Assembly: GCA_016906335.1 (NCBI GenBank) | Contig: JADEYG010000003.1 | Span: 806,001-870,000, forward strand | From: Novakomyces olei | Lineage: Eukaryota | Direction: 5' to 3' | Length of the DNA stretch: 64,000 nucleotides | Shown here: positions 43,418 to 56,350 of the stretch, piece by piece | How positions within the stretch are numbered: the first letter of the stretch is position 1 | How the letters are laid out: the number at the start of each line of letters is the position of its first letter | Translations under genes and position numbers: made by a program | The notes under the pieces: model-generated | What the model saw: the letters and a program-made list of their open reading frames with translations, nothing else | Told to the model about the DNA's origin: nothing | Database searches by the model: none

Positions 43418-44573
43418 ATGGCGAACAAAGTTGAAGGTCGAACGGCACTTGTCACCGGGGCCACAGGAGGGTAAAGTGGCCAACGACCAGTCTGTTTTCC
43501 ATACTAAATATGTTGGAAAAAGACTTTAAAATTAACTGAGCTATTAAATATACTAATAATTTAGAATTGGCTCTGCTATCTGCCGGCAACTGGCCGAGTT
43601 GGGTTTGAATGTGGCAATACACTTTCATTCTAGCGAACCAAAGGCACTTGCTCTCGCCAAAGAGCTACAGAATATAAATCAAAGCATTAAAACCAGTATT
43701 CACAAGACCGATCTGAGTGATGTTTCTTCCTGCCAGTCTTTGGCCGATTCAGTTTTACAAGGTGGGATTGTGTACTATAATGTTTCTAATGTCTAGAATA
43801 TGGCAAAATTGACGTATTCGTGTCCAATGCAGGATTCGGATCGAAAAAGTCGGGTGCTCATGCTCGTGATATTGCGTATGTGGCGAACACTCAATTGATT
43901 CTTTTTACATTGTTCTTTTTTAATTAATTAATTAATTATTTTATTCTTTCTTTATATTTATTTCATTCTTTCTTTATATTTATTTCATTCTTTCTTTATA
44001 TTTATTTTATACAATCCTACTCGAGACTAAGCAAATAGTGACACAGACATTGAGGACTTTTGCTACAGTTTCCAAGTCAACACGCTACCCACCTTTATTC
44101 TAACAAAGGCCTTTGTGCCCGGCATGCGTGGGCAAAAGTGGGGGCGCATTGTATACGTGTCTTCTATCGCGGCACATGGTGGGGGTATCAACGGACCCCA
44201 CTATGCAGCATCAAAGGGTACTCTAACCAAAAAGATAAAAAAATTAAAAATAAAAAAGAAAAAAAAAAAGAAGCCAAGACTAAATTTTATTAACTGTCAA
44301 GGCGCAATGCAGGCAATGATGCGTAATTTGTCTACGCGACTTATAAGCTCTGGCATTTCCGTCAACGATGTAAGCCCTGCGCTTATTGGGGACACAGGAA
44401 TGATTCCCAATGAGAATGTCGACTCGCCTGATATTGGCGGGGGCCGTTTAAGCGACGGCATACCCATTGGCCGACTTGGCGAGCCGAAAGAGGTCGCCAA
44501 CGCGGTTAGTATGTTTGTAACAAGCGGGTACACTACAGGCCAGAGTTTGCTAGTAGCAGGTGGGCTCAAATAG
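43418..44573 (+). CDS. Short-chain dehydrogenase/reductase (3-oxoacyl-ACP reductase-like); 4 introns
   Basis: ALVTGATG|GIG (TGxxxGxG), VSNAG, catalytic YAASK, and C-terminal YTTGQSLLVAGG. Confidence 0.88.
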
Positions 44574-44858
44574 GCGGCTGTTTCAGTGTGTATATCTGCC
44601 TTTTTATAAAAACGATCGATTTGGAAAAGTCAGTTTAGAGAGTGTGTTGTTATAAGAGACTTTAACGTTATTTTCATTCCACAGATACGCATAGCCACAG
44701 ACTGGTATGGATTCGTAGTGCACAATGCCACATCAACGAGAGCAGCAAGTCCAGCAATAATTATTATTGTTATTATTGTTATTAATATAAATAAAGTGCA
44801 GTCATCTGCATAGGCAATCTAGTCGTCAATCCTACTCGCCAGAATAACCAATAAACCT

Positions 44859-45209
44859 CTAAATCTTGTCCAGTGCCTAACAAACGCGATTAGAATAGTG
44901 CAAAGATACCAGTAAAAGCTTACCTCGAGCATAACAACAGAATTCCCACGAATAACAACAGTCCCTGTCTTCACTTTTTCTCCACCCGAGCGTAACTCTT
45001 CCGTATCGTCCAGTACAATATTGAGAAATACCTGCGAATTAGAGAGATCTATATTCATTCGCTCACATCGTAACCTCGCAAGGTTCCTATTAGTTTGCGG
45101 CTGCCGTTTAGCTGAATAAACAGGCGTTTGTCCATATACTGAGCAAAATTAGCAGAGTTCAAAGGCAGTGCCGTACTTTTTTAAGCTCGGGAGTCGGTGC
45201 CTTTGACAT
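44859..45209 (-). CDS. SMX2: Spliceosomal Sm protein G; 3 introns
   Basis: Spliced MSKAPTPELKK|YMDKRLFIQLNGSRK..GTLRGYD|VFLNIVLDD...VVIRGNSVVMLE|ALDKI. Confidence 0.95.
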
Positions 45210-45410
45210 TTTGGCGCCCTTCTTGCTCGACAGAAATCTTGCAGAGTATTGGTATTATACTGACTTAAAGTATATATATATATATAAATAAAATAAGGTT
45301 GCAGCAATAATCCATACATAAAGATTTATAGATATAACACTTTTTTACATTTAATTAAAATAAATCAATAAATCATTAAATCAATCCAAACTGTTCATAA
45401 AGTGCCATCA

Positions 45411-47119
45411 ATGTCGAAAAGAGGCGCGTCACCGCCGCTTGAAGGCACTCCGCCGGAAAAGAAACGGCCCAGTAGCGTGGTAGGTGTAACCAAAAAAAAA
45501 TGGGTAAAAAAACCCAAAAGATCAAAAAAGCCCAGCGAAAAAGCGCCGAAAAAGCGGCCAAAAAAGTCAACTACCACTAATTTTTGTTTGAGTCTAACGT
45601 CTAGTCTGAGGTAATTGCACGCAAGAAAAAAGAGATCGAAGAGCGTCTACGCACGGCCCGCGAGTCCAAATCAAACCCGCCAGTTCGGCAGACAGCCAAG
45701 CAAGTAAAGCCGTCAAAGTCGCGAGCGGCAGATCGTGACCAGGACGACGGCCCTCATGGAGGCCTGCGAGTGGGTCTGCACCCGGCGCTGTTGGACGATG
45801 GCGGTACTGCCCCAATTTCTCCAATAGCCTCTCGAGGCAATCGGCCAATGGTGCCTAAATTTGCGTCTACGAGGGCGAATCAGAGGGTACGTGATGAGCA
45901 GGAAAGGCGTTTAGCAGCAGAAAAGAAGAGCAAAGAGCGGAATGAGCGCCGACGGCTGGAGCTCTTAAAGCCCGAGAAGTCCGGGCAGGATGAGGCCATC
46001 AACCCTTACTTTGACAAACGCTCTACTGCCCAGCCAAAGCAGGGCGTGACTGGCCGGCAGTTGGTGTTTAATCCGCACGGCAAGTACATTGAGCAGGCAA
46101 ATGCGCTTCGTCAACAGGCACAGATGGAGGCCTTGAAGAGGCGAATTGCTCTGGCGAGTAAGCGCGCAGGATTGGACGAGGACATGGACACGACAGCACG
46201 TGCCTACAAACCGGAAAGGCCTCCCACCGTTGAGTGGTGGGATGTAGGATTACTGACAAACGAGTCGTATGACGATGTGGACGCTGGCAAATTGAAGATT
46301 GATACGCCAAACTCTATCGTTACTCAGTACGTTCAGCACCCAATTCCGATACCCGCGCCTTACGAGTCGCATCAGTCTGCTCTGCCGGTAAAACTGACTC
46401 GCAAAGAAATGAAAAGGATAAGGAGAGAAAGGCGGCACGAGGCCTTCAAGGATCAGCGGGACAAACAGCTGCTTGGACTCGAGCCAGCACCCCCGCCAAA
46501 AGTCAAGCTGTCCAATATGTATGCAGTGTATGGGGATGAAGCTATCAAGGACCCGACAAGGGTGGAAGCTGAAGTCCGTCAGCAAATGCAGGACCGACTA
46601 GATCGCCATTTAGAACAAAATGCAGAACGTAAACTGACGGCTGAACAGCGTAGGGAAAAGGCCTTTGTAAAGAAACAGGAGGATGCTAATAAGGGCATCC
46701 ATGTCTCTGTGTACCGAATAGACGATCTGACTTTCCGGCCACACAGGCTCAAAGTCGATATGAATGCTCAGCAGGACGGGCTAACGGGGCTCTGTATCCT
46801 GAACCCGAATTTTAACTTGGTCGTAGTCGAAGGTGGGGCCAAGGGTATCGGCCATTACAAGCAGCTCATGACGCGACGTATCGACTGGAACGATGAGACC
46901 CGTGTGCCTAAACTGCCTCCGTCGGCAGATCAGCAAGATGGTCTGCCAGAGAATCGGTGCTTTGTCGTTTGGGAGGGAGAAGTAAAGGACCGTGCTTTTA
47001 GAAAATGGGGGTTTAAACGGTGCGAGTCTGACGACGAGGCTCGCGAGGCTTTAAAACAGCGCGGCGGTGCAGAGTTTTATTGGGATATTGCAAAGAATTT
47101 CAAGGAAGCTGCATTTTAG
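45411..47119 (+). CDS. PRP3: U4/U6 snRNP protein Prp3; intron 45480-45603
   Basis: NPYFD, VEWWD, QYVQHPIPI, LTRKEMKRIRR, PPPPKVKLSN, DPTRVE, LVVVEGG and C.VWEG motifs. Confidence 0.94.
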
Positions 47120-47436
47120 ACTAAATTGGCTGGCTGCTTTAGTGTTTACACCAATGGCATTCTTTGTCATTCAGTTCTGGCGTCTATGCTTTTAAACATA
47201 CCATGCATGGCAATCGTCCGATTGCCGGACCTTAGCCTGCAAAGAATTGTATTATAGTTTTATTTAGATATACAACTAAAAAAATAAATTAAAAATAAAT
47301 AAATTAAAAAAAAAATATTTATTTATTTATTTATTTATCAGGGTTTACGTCCGGACTATTGAATCGGTATCCAAATAAACTATTTCCTATATTACATCTT
47401 ATATACAGCGGAAAAGAAAAGCAAAAGACAACAAAA

Positions 47437-49935
47437 TCATGTGGCAACGGCTCCATGCTCGTCATCTACGGCCTGTGCATCTTCATAGACGGCCGCCTCA
47501 AGCTCTTCGAGGCCTTTTTGAATAGATATCTTGAACTTGATGATTTCTTCCAGCTTTGGCCATCCTTCACGAATCGAATCCTCGCGGAACGTATTACTGC
47601 TGTGCAACAATTGATCGTACCTATACTCGTTAGCCCGGTACAGAGATTAAGTACATTGCAAAAAGAATAAATTTACAATAAATAATAGAAAAAATAACAA
47701 ATTGAATAAAAGAACACTGATGAATATCCCAAGAAAAGGGAAATGAATAAAACGAACGATGGACTCACTCTATACTCAACGCCTGCGACCGCTGTTCCAG
47801 TTGCAAAAGACCGTTCTGAGCGGAAAGTTTTATTTGGTGTAATTCACGCTCTAAACGTTCTATTTCCGCGTTCGTGGAACTCATTTCCGTTGCTGAGGTC
47901 TGAATATTAGCAAATTGAACATGATGAATTGAGTTATTTCCAAAACGAAAACAATAAAGCAGATACGAAATACGATATTAAAAAGTTGAATAGAACGATC
48001 TTTCGCGGACGAATCTTCAAGTATAAATGCATACCTCCTTTATTTCATTATACTGGCTTACAGTGCTTGTAAGCTTAGCTTCGAGTGACTCTAGTTCTTC
48101 CCGTTTATCTGCCAATCCCTCGCAGACTTTATCCAAAAGCTCCTGAAGCCTTAAAGCTTCATCCTGCTCACGGTGAACATGGGCCCCTAGTGCAGCTCGG
48201 AGCTTAGCCAGGTTTGGTTTGACTGTATGACGTAAATTCCGGTTTACAACTTCAGCTGAACCTCCGTCTTTAGCGTTTACGATATCCAGTTCGTATGGCA
48301 CTCCCTGTGCCCACGGAGCCGTCTCTGGAATAATACCAATTCGATAGCCCAGTGAATTGTATTTGGAGACAAGTTTCTCTAACAAATCAAGCTGCTTTTG
48401 CGCAGCCATTTCCTTTTCATACGCAGACTTGGAAGCCTGGTCCATTCTCGCTACCATTGCATCCAAATTACGCTCTAATTCTTCTCTCTCTGCCGTCATT
48501 CTGTCAACATCCGCGGGTGATATTGCTTGCATGTCTACTTGGCGCTGTAGTTCGTCGCGCTCACCAGATAATTCGTTGACTTCTGCGTCCTTGAGTGCAA
48601 TTTCTTCTGTAATTCGATCATTTACGTCTTTGAGCTTTAGTTTCTTGGCCTCCAGGTGCTCAATATATTGCAAAAATTTCTCCTTGTCGCTCTCCAGTAC
48701 CCGTGTTTCGTCCTGTAGCTGCTTAAGTGATGGCTGGCTCTCTACCAGTTCATCAACGCTTTTCTGTAGTTCGTATACACTCTTTTCCAAGCCCTCAGTC
48801 TCAGCCAGAATGGATTCGTTGCGTTTATCGAATTCCTGTGCTAGCTCCTTGTCCATCTCGGAAAAATCATCGTCTCCAGCGAGGAATACACGGTACGCTT
48901 TGATGAGGTAGTTGTAGAAGAGTCGCTCTGACTGACTCTCGCTCTCGTTACCGGCCTCCTCTTGTTTATTCAGAATTTTTTCCGTGGACTAGTGATTAGA
49001 TTTGGCTGGAAGAAAGAGGCATGAACAGCAATACAGAGGGAATTGAAGACTAGAAAGAAAGAATGAATAAATACAGTATATTTTGCAAGAGAAAAGAGCA
49101 CAAAAATGAAAACATAATCAACTTCCCGACTTACAGAAACAAGCTCGACCATCCAATTCAGCATAGCTAGCATAGACGGCCAAGCATGCGGGGACCCGAT
49201 AGCAGCAAGTTGTGATCGAGAGATTGAATCGGCATAAGGGTACCGTAACGCTTTCATGCACGGGACAATATCGTCATCCACCTTTTTGCCAAATTGATAA
49301 TTAGGGTCAAGTCGAAGGTAGAGCCACTTGAACATTGTTATAAAGTCTTTTGTTGAGGGAGCGACCAGTGTCTTGTTCGTGACTGCCTGAGGGTATCCTG
49401 CTTCTGAAAGGTATTCCACAATATTTCGAATGCACTGGATCTGGTACTGTTTGTCTCGTACGGGCCGTGGATCTTTGCCTGTCATTTGTGAGCCGCTCGA
49501 GTACCCAAGACTAGAGGCTCTGTTTCCGGAGAATGTACTTGATCGTCTTGCTGTTAGTATCGACTGGATATTAAACCAATTGGAGAAAATAAAATCAAAA
49601 TCAAAACAAGGCCGCCACTGTTTAAAGGCTTAATCCTACCCATGTGATACGCTAGCACGACCGTCAAACTGGGAGAATCGATTTGCTTTTGTTTCATAAT
49701 TTAAATTCTCACCGCTCGAAGAACGGGTAAAACCAGGATTTGCTGCCCTCTGTGGAGGAGCGAGACTGGCTCGAGGTGGGCCTAAGCCAAAGGTGGACAT
49801 TCGAGAGCCGCCGCCGCCGCCTGGTTTCCGTAGAATCGATGAAGGTTGGGGCAGGCCTGACGTTAAGATATTATTGTTCGGATCAATTGTCCCGAGAGTC
49901 TTCCTCCGGAACGCTTGATCCTGATCTTGCGCCAT
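47437..49935 (-). CDS. NDC80: Kinetochore protein Ndc80/Hec1; 4 introns
   Basis: KDPRPVRDK, LRYPYADSISRSQLAAIGSPHAWPSMLAMLNW (CH domain), and a long coiled coil with ISPADVDRMTAERE. Confidence 0.94.
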
Positions 49936-50557
49936 TTTCCCGCTCTTCCAACCAAAGCAAAATATCTGGATGCCGAACAGAAAAGGCTCAAAAAGAAGAA
50001 TCAAACAAAAGGATCAATACTACAAACGGTCGCGCACAGGTTTGTTTACTTTTGCGACGCGTATATTAAAAGTATGACTACAGCACACTATAATATATAA
50101 CGAGTAATACATTTGGTTTTTATCCCGAATGTATCATGATTGAGGGTAAACATTGAAACCATACAGTCTGGATGTACAAGTGTGGATGTACAAGTAATCC
50201 ACTATAAGCTTTACTCAAGTAATCCGAATGTAGACGTAGACTTTATGCCCAAGTAATATATATTAATGGATTTCAATATAGGGCAGAAAACCCGCGCGTT
50301 ACCCTAAAACTCCAAAAGAAATAAATTCGAATAAATAAATGTATTACATTTAGAATGATCGTTGTATAGGCAAACGTACTAATTCAATAATAGCCAATCA
50401 CGAAACCGATCAAGCCCAAAAGGCGTTAGAGCCTTTATTATTTAGAGCCATTATTATACTCCACCTTTCGGCTTGGTAAAGTGCCCACAAATGTTGTCTG
50501 AGTGTACGCTTGCATTTGCCCGCGCATAAGTCTGTCGCCTCTTGGAAAAAGCAGCTA

Positions 50558-51205
50558 ATGGCGACGAGCGAGTACCGCTCGTACCATGACGATCCCGAGC
50601 TGGAAGCTCAGGCGGGCCCAGCACTGAGCTCGGACGCCGCTGGAGACAGTGTAAACGTCTTTGAGACAAGTCTAGGTTGGAGGTACGTACGGCTTTGCAT
50701 TGGCCCAAATCTAACCTTCAGCCTGAGCTCTGAGGCTGTCGGCGCCTACATTTGCCCGCCTTTTACTGGCATGCTGCTTTTGCTCTTTGAGTACAAGAAT
50801 GATTACGTGCGCTTTCACGCGTATCAGGCCACTTTACTCTTTCTCGCTACTGACGTATGCTTTTATGAGTTCATTCAATTTTTGCTGAGCGGATCGGTAC
50901 TGCTTTGCTTTGCTTCTTGTCTTGTGTATAATTTGCTCTTTTGCTTTTATTTATTATCTTTTGGCTTTTTTTTTTGTTTCGGAGCCAAGCCTTTTTTTTC
51001 GGCCTTGCGTTTAGAGTTTCTAACGGGACAGATAATCATGCTCTTGTTCAGCTTCTCCCGGTTCTTGTTCTACCTTGTTGGTATTGCCGACATTGGGCTC
51101 ATGATATTATTAGGGCGCCAGGCGTGGCTTGGTGCCGAGTCATTAGAGCGTTACCATGTTCCAGTGTTTGGCGCGCTGGCTTCACGATGGACCGACAATG
51201 AATGA
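50558..51205 (+). CDS. Small membrane protein of the UPF0132/DUF4870 (Tic20-like) type; introns ~50683-50721 and 50855-51031
   Basis: VNVFETSLG, PPFTGMLLLLFEYKNDYVRFHAYQ and VPVFGALASRW match this fungal family as recalled; hydrophobic segments present. Confidence 0.7.
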   Translation: MATSEYRSYHDDPELEAQAGPALSSDAAGDSVNVFETSLGWRYVRLCIGPNLTFSLSSEAVGAYICPPFTGMLLLLFEYKNDYVRFHAYQATLLFLATDVCFYEFIQFLLSGSVLLCFASCLVYNLLFCFYLLSFGFFFCFGAKPFFSALRLEFLTGQIIMLLFSFSRFLFYLVGIADIGLMILLGRQAWLGAESLERYHVPVFGALASRWTDNE

Positions 51206-51410
51206 GGTTCTATTTAAATTAGATTTGATGAATGCGAGAATCTTTGACTAAATTATATAGAAACTGTTTCTTCAGTGTAGTGAAATACACCAAATCCACT
51301 ATATTGTACATTTTAGAATGACAAGGCCGGTTCAGTTGGATATTTTGTTTTAAATATAGCAACGTGGAAGCCGAGTTTGGAATTCGTTCAAGCTCTCTTC
51401 AGGATCGATC

Positions 51411-52422
51411 TCAAAATTGATGAGCCCTCTTCTTATCAGGCTGAATACGATCTGCCAAAGGCACTGGACTTTTTCCTTCTAATTCCTCTTGCAGACGATT
51501 CCTGGCGGGTGTGGTTTCTCTAGATTCACTTGTTCGCCGTCGTCTTTGTGTCCCTGCCTCGCGCCACCTCTCTTCTGCTGTCGACTTGTCCTGTAATTTA
51601 GACGGGAACAGGTCCTCCTCGGGTGTCTTTTGCCTTCTTGGAGATCTTGATCTCGCTCTTAATTTTTCGGGAAACAAATCACCTTGAGGCGATCGAGAAC
51701 GTCTGTGATCGTCTGTCCTCCGTCGCTCAAACCGCCGCTCTCTTTGCCTAAGAAATTAATAAATATAATGTTAAATATTTATTTAATAGAGTATTTAATG
51801 GAATCGTACCTTATCTCTGACTCTGGAGGATGAAAAAGATACCAGCGCGACCGCTCCCGTGCGCCTTTGACCTTTTTGTCTGAATGACGCGCCAATCTTA
51901 CTTGCAGTTTGCTGAGCGGATTTTTTGTGGCCAGTTTCGCCTCTGTCGTCGTATTGGGCCCGGCCGGCTTCGCCTGTAACTTTTCCAGTGACGCTAATGG
52001 GATAGAAATGTCGGAAAATACAGCATTGCCTATATCGACAGGTTAGATATGGCCAAAAGGGGGTTTTAATCGTGACTCACATGAAGAATCGTCAACCTAG
52101 TAATGATTTAGCATTAATAATTACATGTACGAACCCATTCAATTTTGAAATCGTCAACTCCGTGCTCACGGAGATATTCTGAAATATCTTGCGTCGACAT
52201 GTCTTCCACTCCCATCAAATGTATAGCATCATTGCGAAGTCCATCAGCCGCCGCAGATTCGTCCAATTTCGTAGTGTCGCCCAACTGTTCTCCGCTTTGA
52301 AGCTCTGCTCTTAATTCGTTATCGAGCGCCTTATCGTCAACATCCTCGTCTTGCTCATTAGCAATGCCTTTGAGGAGATTATCGTCGTCCTCAGCGACCA
52401 TATCAACCTCGATTTCGTCCAT
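51411..52422 (-). CDS. NCBP3: Nuclear cap-binding protein subunit 3-like (DUF2414 RRM) protein; 3 introns including a 16-nt microexon
   Basis: AIHLMGVEDMSTQDI...IEW|VDDSS|CNAVF RRM motif; RS-rich tail with DLFPxK repeats. Confidence 0.75.
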
Positions 52423-52658
52423 TGCTGCCCGTCCTTTGTATTTAATTTATCAAAAAAAAAAAAACAAAATAATCCGTATGATATCCTCCTTTACACTTAT
52501 TACCGTGCTCCTGCTATAGCGTATTCTGCTATAGCGTATCCTGCCTGCTATAGCGCATTTAAATTCAGGTTCGATAATCTGCATATAATATTTATCTCTC
52601 CAGAATTGGTTCATCTCAGGATTGCTGGCTGGGCCTTTAGCTACTTTTATATTGTTAA

Positions 52659-53478
52659 ATGCTCAGTCGCGTTTGGAGTCTTACAACCCGCATCATGAAA
52701 GACCCTATCGTATGGATTGACTGTGGTATAGTGTACAACTTGATTTGTCACTGCTTACATTTTGCTCTAGAAATGACCGGCTTGGCTTTGGGAAAGGACA
52801 GGATAATAGAAGTGGCCGCGCTGATTACAGACGGCGAGCTTCGATTGCTGGATACAGTGCGTACATTAATAGTTTAATACTGATTAAAAGAAAGGGTATC
52901 ATTCAATTATTCATGAGCCGCCAGCTGTAATGGGAGAGATGAACGAATGGTGCAAAGATCATCATGGGCGGGTAAGCGTCTTTTTTATGGAATAATTTAC
53001 CTATTAATTTTCAACCATTCATTTCGTTTTCATTCATTTTCATTCATGTTCATTTTTAGATCTATTGAATAGAGAGTTGTTTTTAAACGAAATTATAGAG
53101 CGGTCTTACGGAGGCAGTGTTAAAGAGCAAAGTGACGGCCGCAGATGCTGATGAAGGGCTATGCGCTTATATCAAACGGTTCGTACCAGTTGCGAGAACT
53201 GCTGTACTTGGAGGCAATTCTGTGCACGCTGATCGTGCCTTTTTGCAATTACAATTCCCTCAGACTATCGACCATTTACACTACCGGATCGTTGACGTTA
53301 GCACCGTGAAAGAACTGGCTCGTCGCTGGCGACCACATATTGCCGCTCGCGTACCACCCAAGGCCATGACTCATCGGGCACTCGATGATATTCGCGAGAG
53401 TATTGAAGAGGTAAGTTGAGCGTCGCCCAAGTACTAAAAGAACAGTTAAGGTATTATCGTAATACATGGTTGCGGTAG
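52659..53478 (+). CDS. REX2: Oligoribonuclease (DEDDh, Orn/Rex2); 4 introns
   Basis: [74 protein letters not shown]. Confidence 0.95.
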
Positions 53479-54453
53479 GAAGAAGCAGTTGATGGTAGCT
53501 GCAGATTTGTCAAAAAGTTGAATAAAAGCTTTGCTACGGAGATTAATCTGCGTCTAAGACAAAGGTCCAGGCTTCAGCGAATCTTCAGTGGCTCTCACTT
53601 TCTCGATCTCAATATGTTGCCCGTTGCACTGCAATAATCAAGAGGTTGTATGCCAGTCAATTAAGTCAGACTGCAACCTGAGGTCGGTCCATCGCCCAAA
53701 TGGTGCACATGAATAATACATAAGATTACCAGATGGTGATGGTACCATCTGTTGCCAGTGATGAGACCATGAGAACAATATTTTCTGAAAATTGGTGAAT
53801 TGGATCGAATGGCAAATATGCACGACGTTAAATAGATAAGTATAACTGGATCATCTGTGCTTTGGCGGCTTACTGGATTCGACAGCCAATCAAATAGAAA
53901 TGAAGCAGTGAAGTATAGAATTGATACAGCAAAATAATGCATCATCAACTTAATTGAATTAGGAGAAATGACGAATCCAAACTTTTGGAGACGTACAGTA
54001 CGAAAGCATAGCATAATTGTATACTATTCATTTTCAACGTGGTGTGCTCTTGAACTTTTAGCATTTCGACATTTTGCCAGTATAAAAAATCATACTAAAT
54101 GTGTAAGGTTATATATATGAAGAGTCTAAGAGTCTATGAAGAGTCTACAAAAAGTCTATGAAAAGTCGGTATGAACGACAGTGTATCTTTCATGCAATTG
54201 GAATCATATAGTCTTTCGCCAATAAAAGCACGTTGCAAATAATAATAATGCGGGGACTAAACAAGTAATATTTCCCAAACGAGACAGACTCGATTTACCA
54301 CGCATTATGTCATGCGACACGTGACGATCACGACGCGATGACGTCGATATAGGTGAGGATAAAAGCGGCTCATTGCCCCATTTCGCAAACCCAAATCCTC
54401 GCTGTGGCCGCGGCACAAACATTAATTTCTGGACAAAGGAACTGACACAGAAA

Positions 54454-56141
54454 ATGAGGCTTTTTCTCCTCGCTTTACTGGTGCCATTAGCTTCAGCGCG
54501 ATGGTTTGGAGCCGCAAATTTGTACGATACGTGGCACGAGAGCCAGCTTGAGCGTTGGCTGGACGAGCACCGTATCCCGTTTCCTCACCCATCGGACCGC
54601 AAAGCTCTGCTCTCCACTGTCGCCCAAAATTGGGACTCGGTTAAGCGCGTCTACACGGACTGGGACTCTAATAAAATCAAGACTTGGCTGAGCGTTCAGG
54701 GTATTGGCTACAAGGAACCCTCTACATCGGAACAGCTGTCACAGCAGATCCAGTCTACTTGGGACACTGTTGCAAACAACCTGGAACAGGGCAAGAGTAT
54801 TGTTTTTGAAGCGTAAGTCGAGAAAATATATAGAAATTTATATACAAGTACATGTACTTGTACAAGTACTTGTACAATTTTAAGGATTTCTTCTAAACGT
54901 CCAGGTGGCCGGATGAGAAGCTGAAAGCATTCCTTGAGAAAAACAAAATTGTTTACCAAAACGGCCGTGACGGACTCTTAAGCTCTGCTTACGCTGCTTA
55001 CGACGCTCTTGGCTCTTCTAAAGCAGACGCGGCTGACTGGGCGTATAGCTCTTGGTCAGACAGCGATATCAAATCTTTCCTCGACACGCACGGATACCCG
55101 TCTTTTCAGGGCAGCACTCGCAATGATTTGATTGCCAAAGCTCGACGCTTAAGTTACTTGGGCAAATTGAACCTGCAAAACGGATTCTATGATGCAACGG
55201 GGACGCTTAAGCGTAAAGTTGAAGACGCGGAAACCGCAATTTTTGACAAATGGTCGGACTCTGCTTTGAAGCAGTACCTAGACGAACGCGGAGTCCCTGT
55301 GCCAGCTGGATCTAGACGTGATCAAATAATTGCGCTCGTACGTCGTAACAAATACAAGACGTCTCGTGCCGTTGAAGAGGCTCGTAAAAGTGCCGCCGAT
55401 GCTCAATCGCAGGGCACGGAATCAATTAAATCAGCGTATGGCGCAGCAACAACTTCGGCGGGTAATGTATGGGCCGGTACTACTGATGCAGCAAAGGACT
55501 CTTTTGAAAATGCCAAAGCAGATTCATGGAGTCTCTGGTCTGATTCTGCGTTGAAAGCCTTTCTTGACGAGCGCGGGGTTCCCGTTCCACAGAGTGGGAA
55601 ACGCGACGAATTACTGGCGCAAGTACGTCAGCACCGGTACGATGCGCGCAAAGCGGCCAATGAAAAACTTAGCCAGGCGGAGCAGATGTTTGAAGGCTGG
55701 AGTACTAATGACCTACTGGCCTGGGCGAATGAGCAAAAGCTTAAATTGTCCGCTCGAGCAAAGAACAATAGGGAAGAACTAGTACGTTCTGCGCAGGAGA
55801 ATTATCGCAAGGTTGCCGAGTCTTCTGAAGCTGCCTCCAAAGATCTGGAACGCAAAGCTCAATCAACACGTCAATGGGCAATTGATACGTGGAGCGATAG
55901 TGAAATCAAAGACTATTTGCAAAAGTTTGGCGAAAGTGTCCCGAGTACGCGTGGCGAAGCGATAAGGCAAGCCAAGATTAACGCTCGGCTATGGTACAAT
56001 GGAGGCCGTCTTACCTGGCAGGACTACATTGCCAATGCCCAAGATAAAGTAGCAATCCTTGCAGAAAAGGCGCAAAATTTGGTAAAGGGCTATTCCAAGC
56101 AGGGACAACAGTCGTTCCAGAATCTGCGGCAGGAGCTGTAG
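54454..56141 (+). CDS. ish1: Ish1/Msc1-like stress-induced nuclear envelope/ER protein; intron ~54813-54904
   Basis: Signal peptide, repeated WSDSxLKxxLDERGVPVP (Ish1) units, and C-terminal RQEL (ER-retention-like). Confidence 0.8.
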
Positions 56142-56350
56142 GAAATTGAAGGGGCATGATGACACGATTAGCATAGTTTAGTAGTCTAAAATATCTCTTT
56201 TTTTTTATTATAAATATATTATTCAACGCAGACAGCCTTGGGAGCAGATTATAGTTCAGATTTGATAAAGTAGAGATACATTGGCTTTTTTTGGGATCGA
56301 AAACACTGATTCAGACTGAATGATACTAAAAATTTAGATCATCTGTTTGC

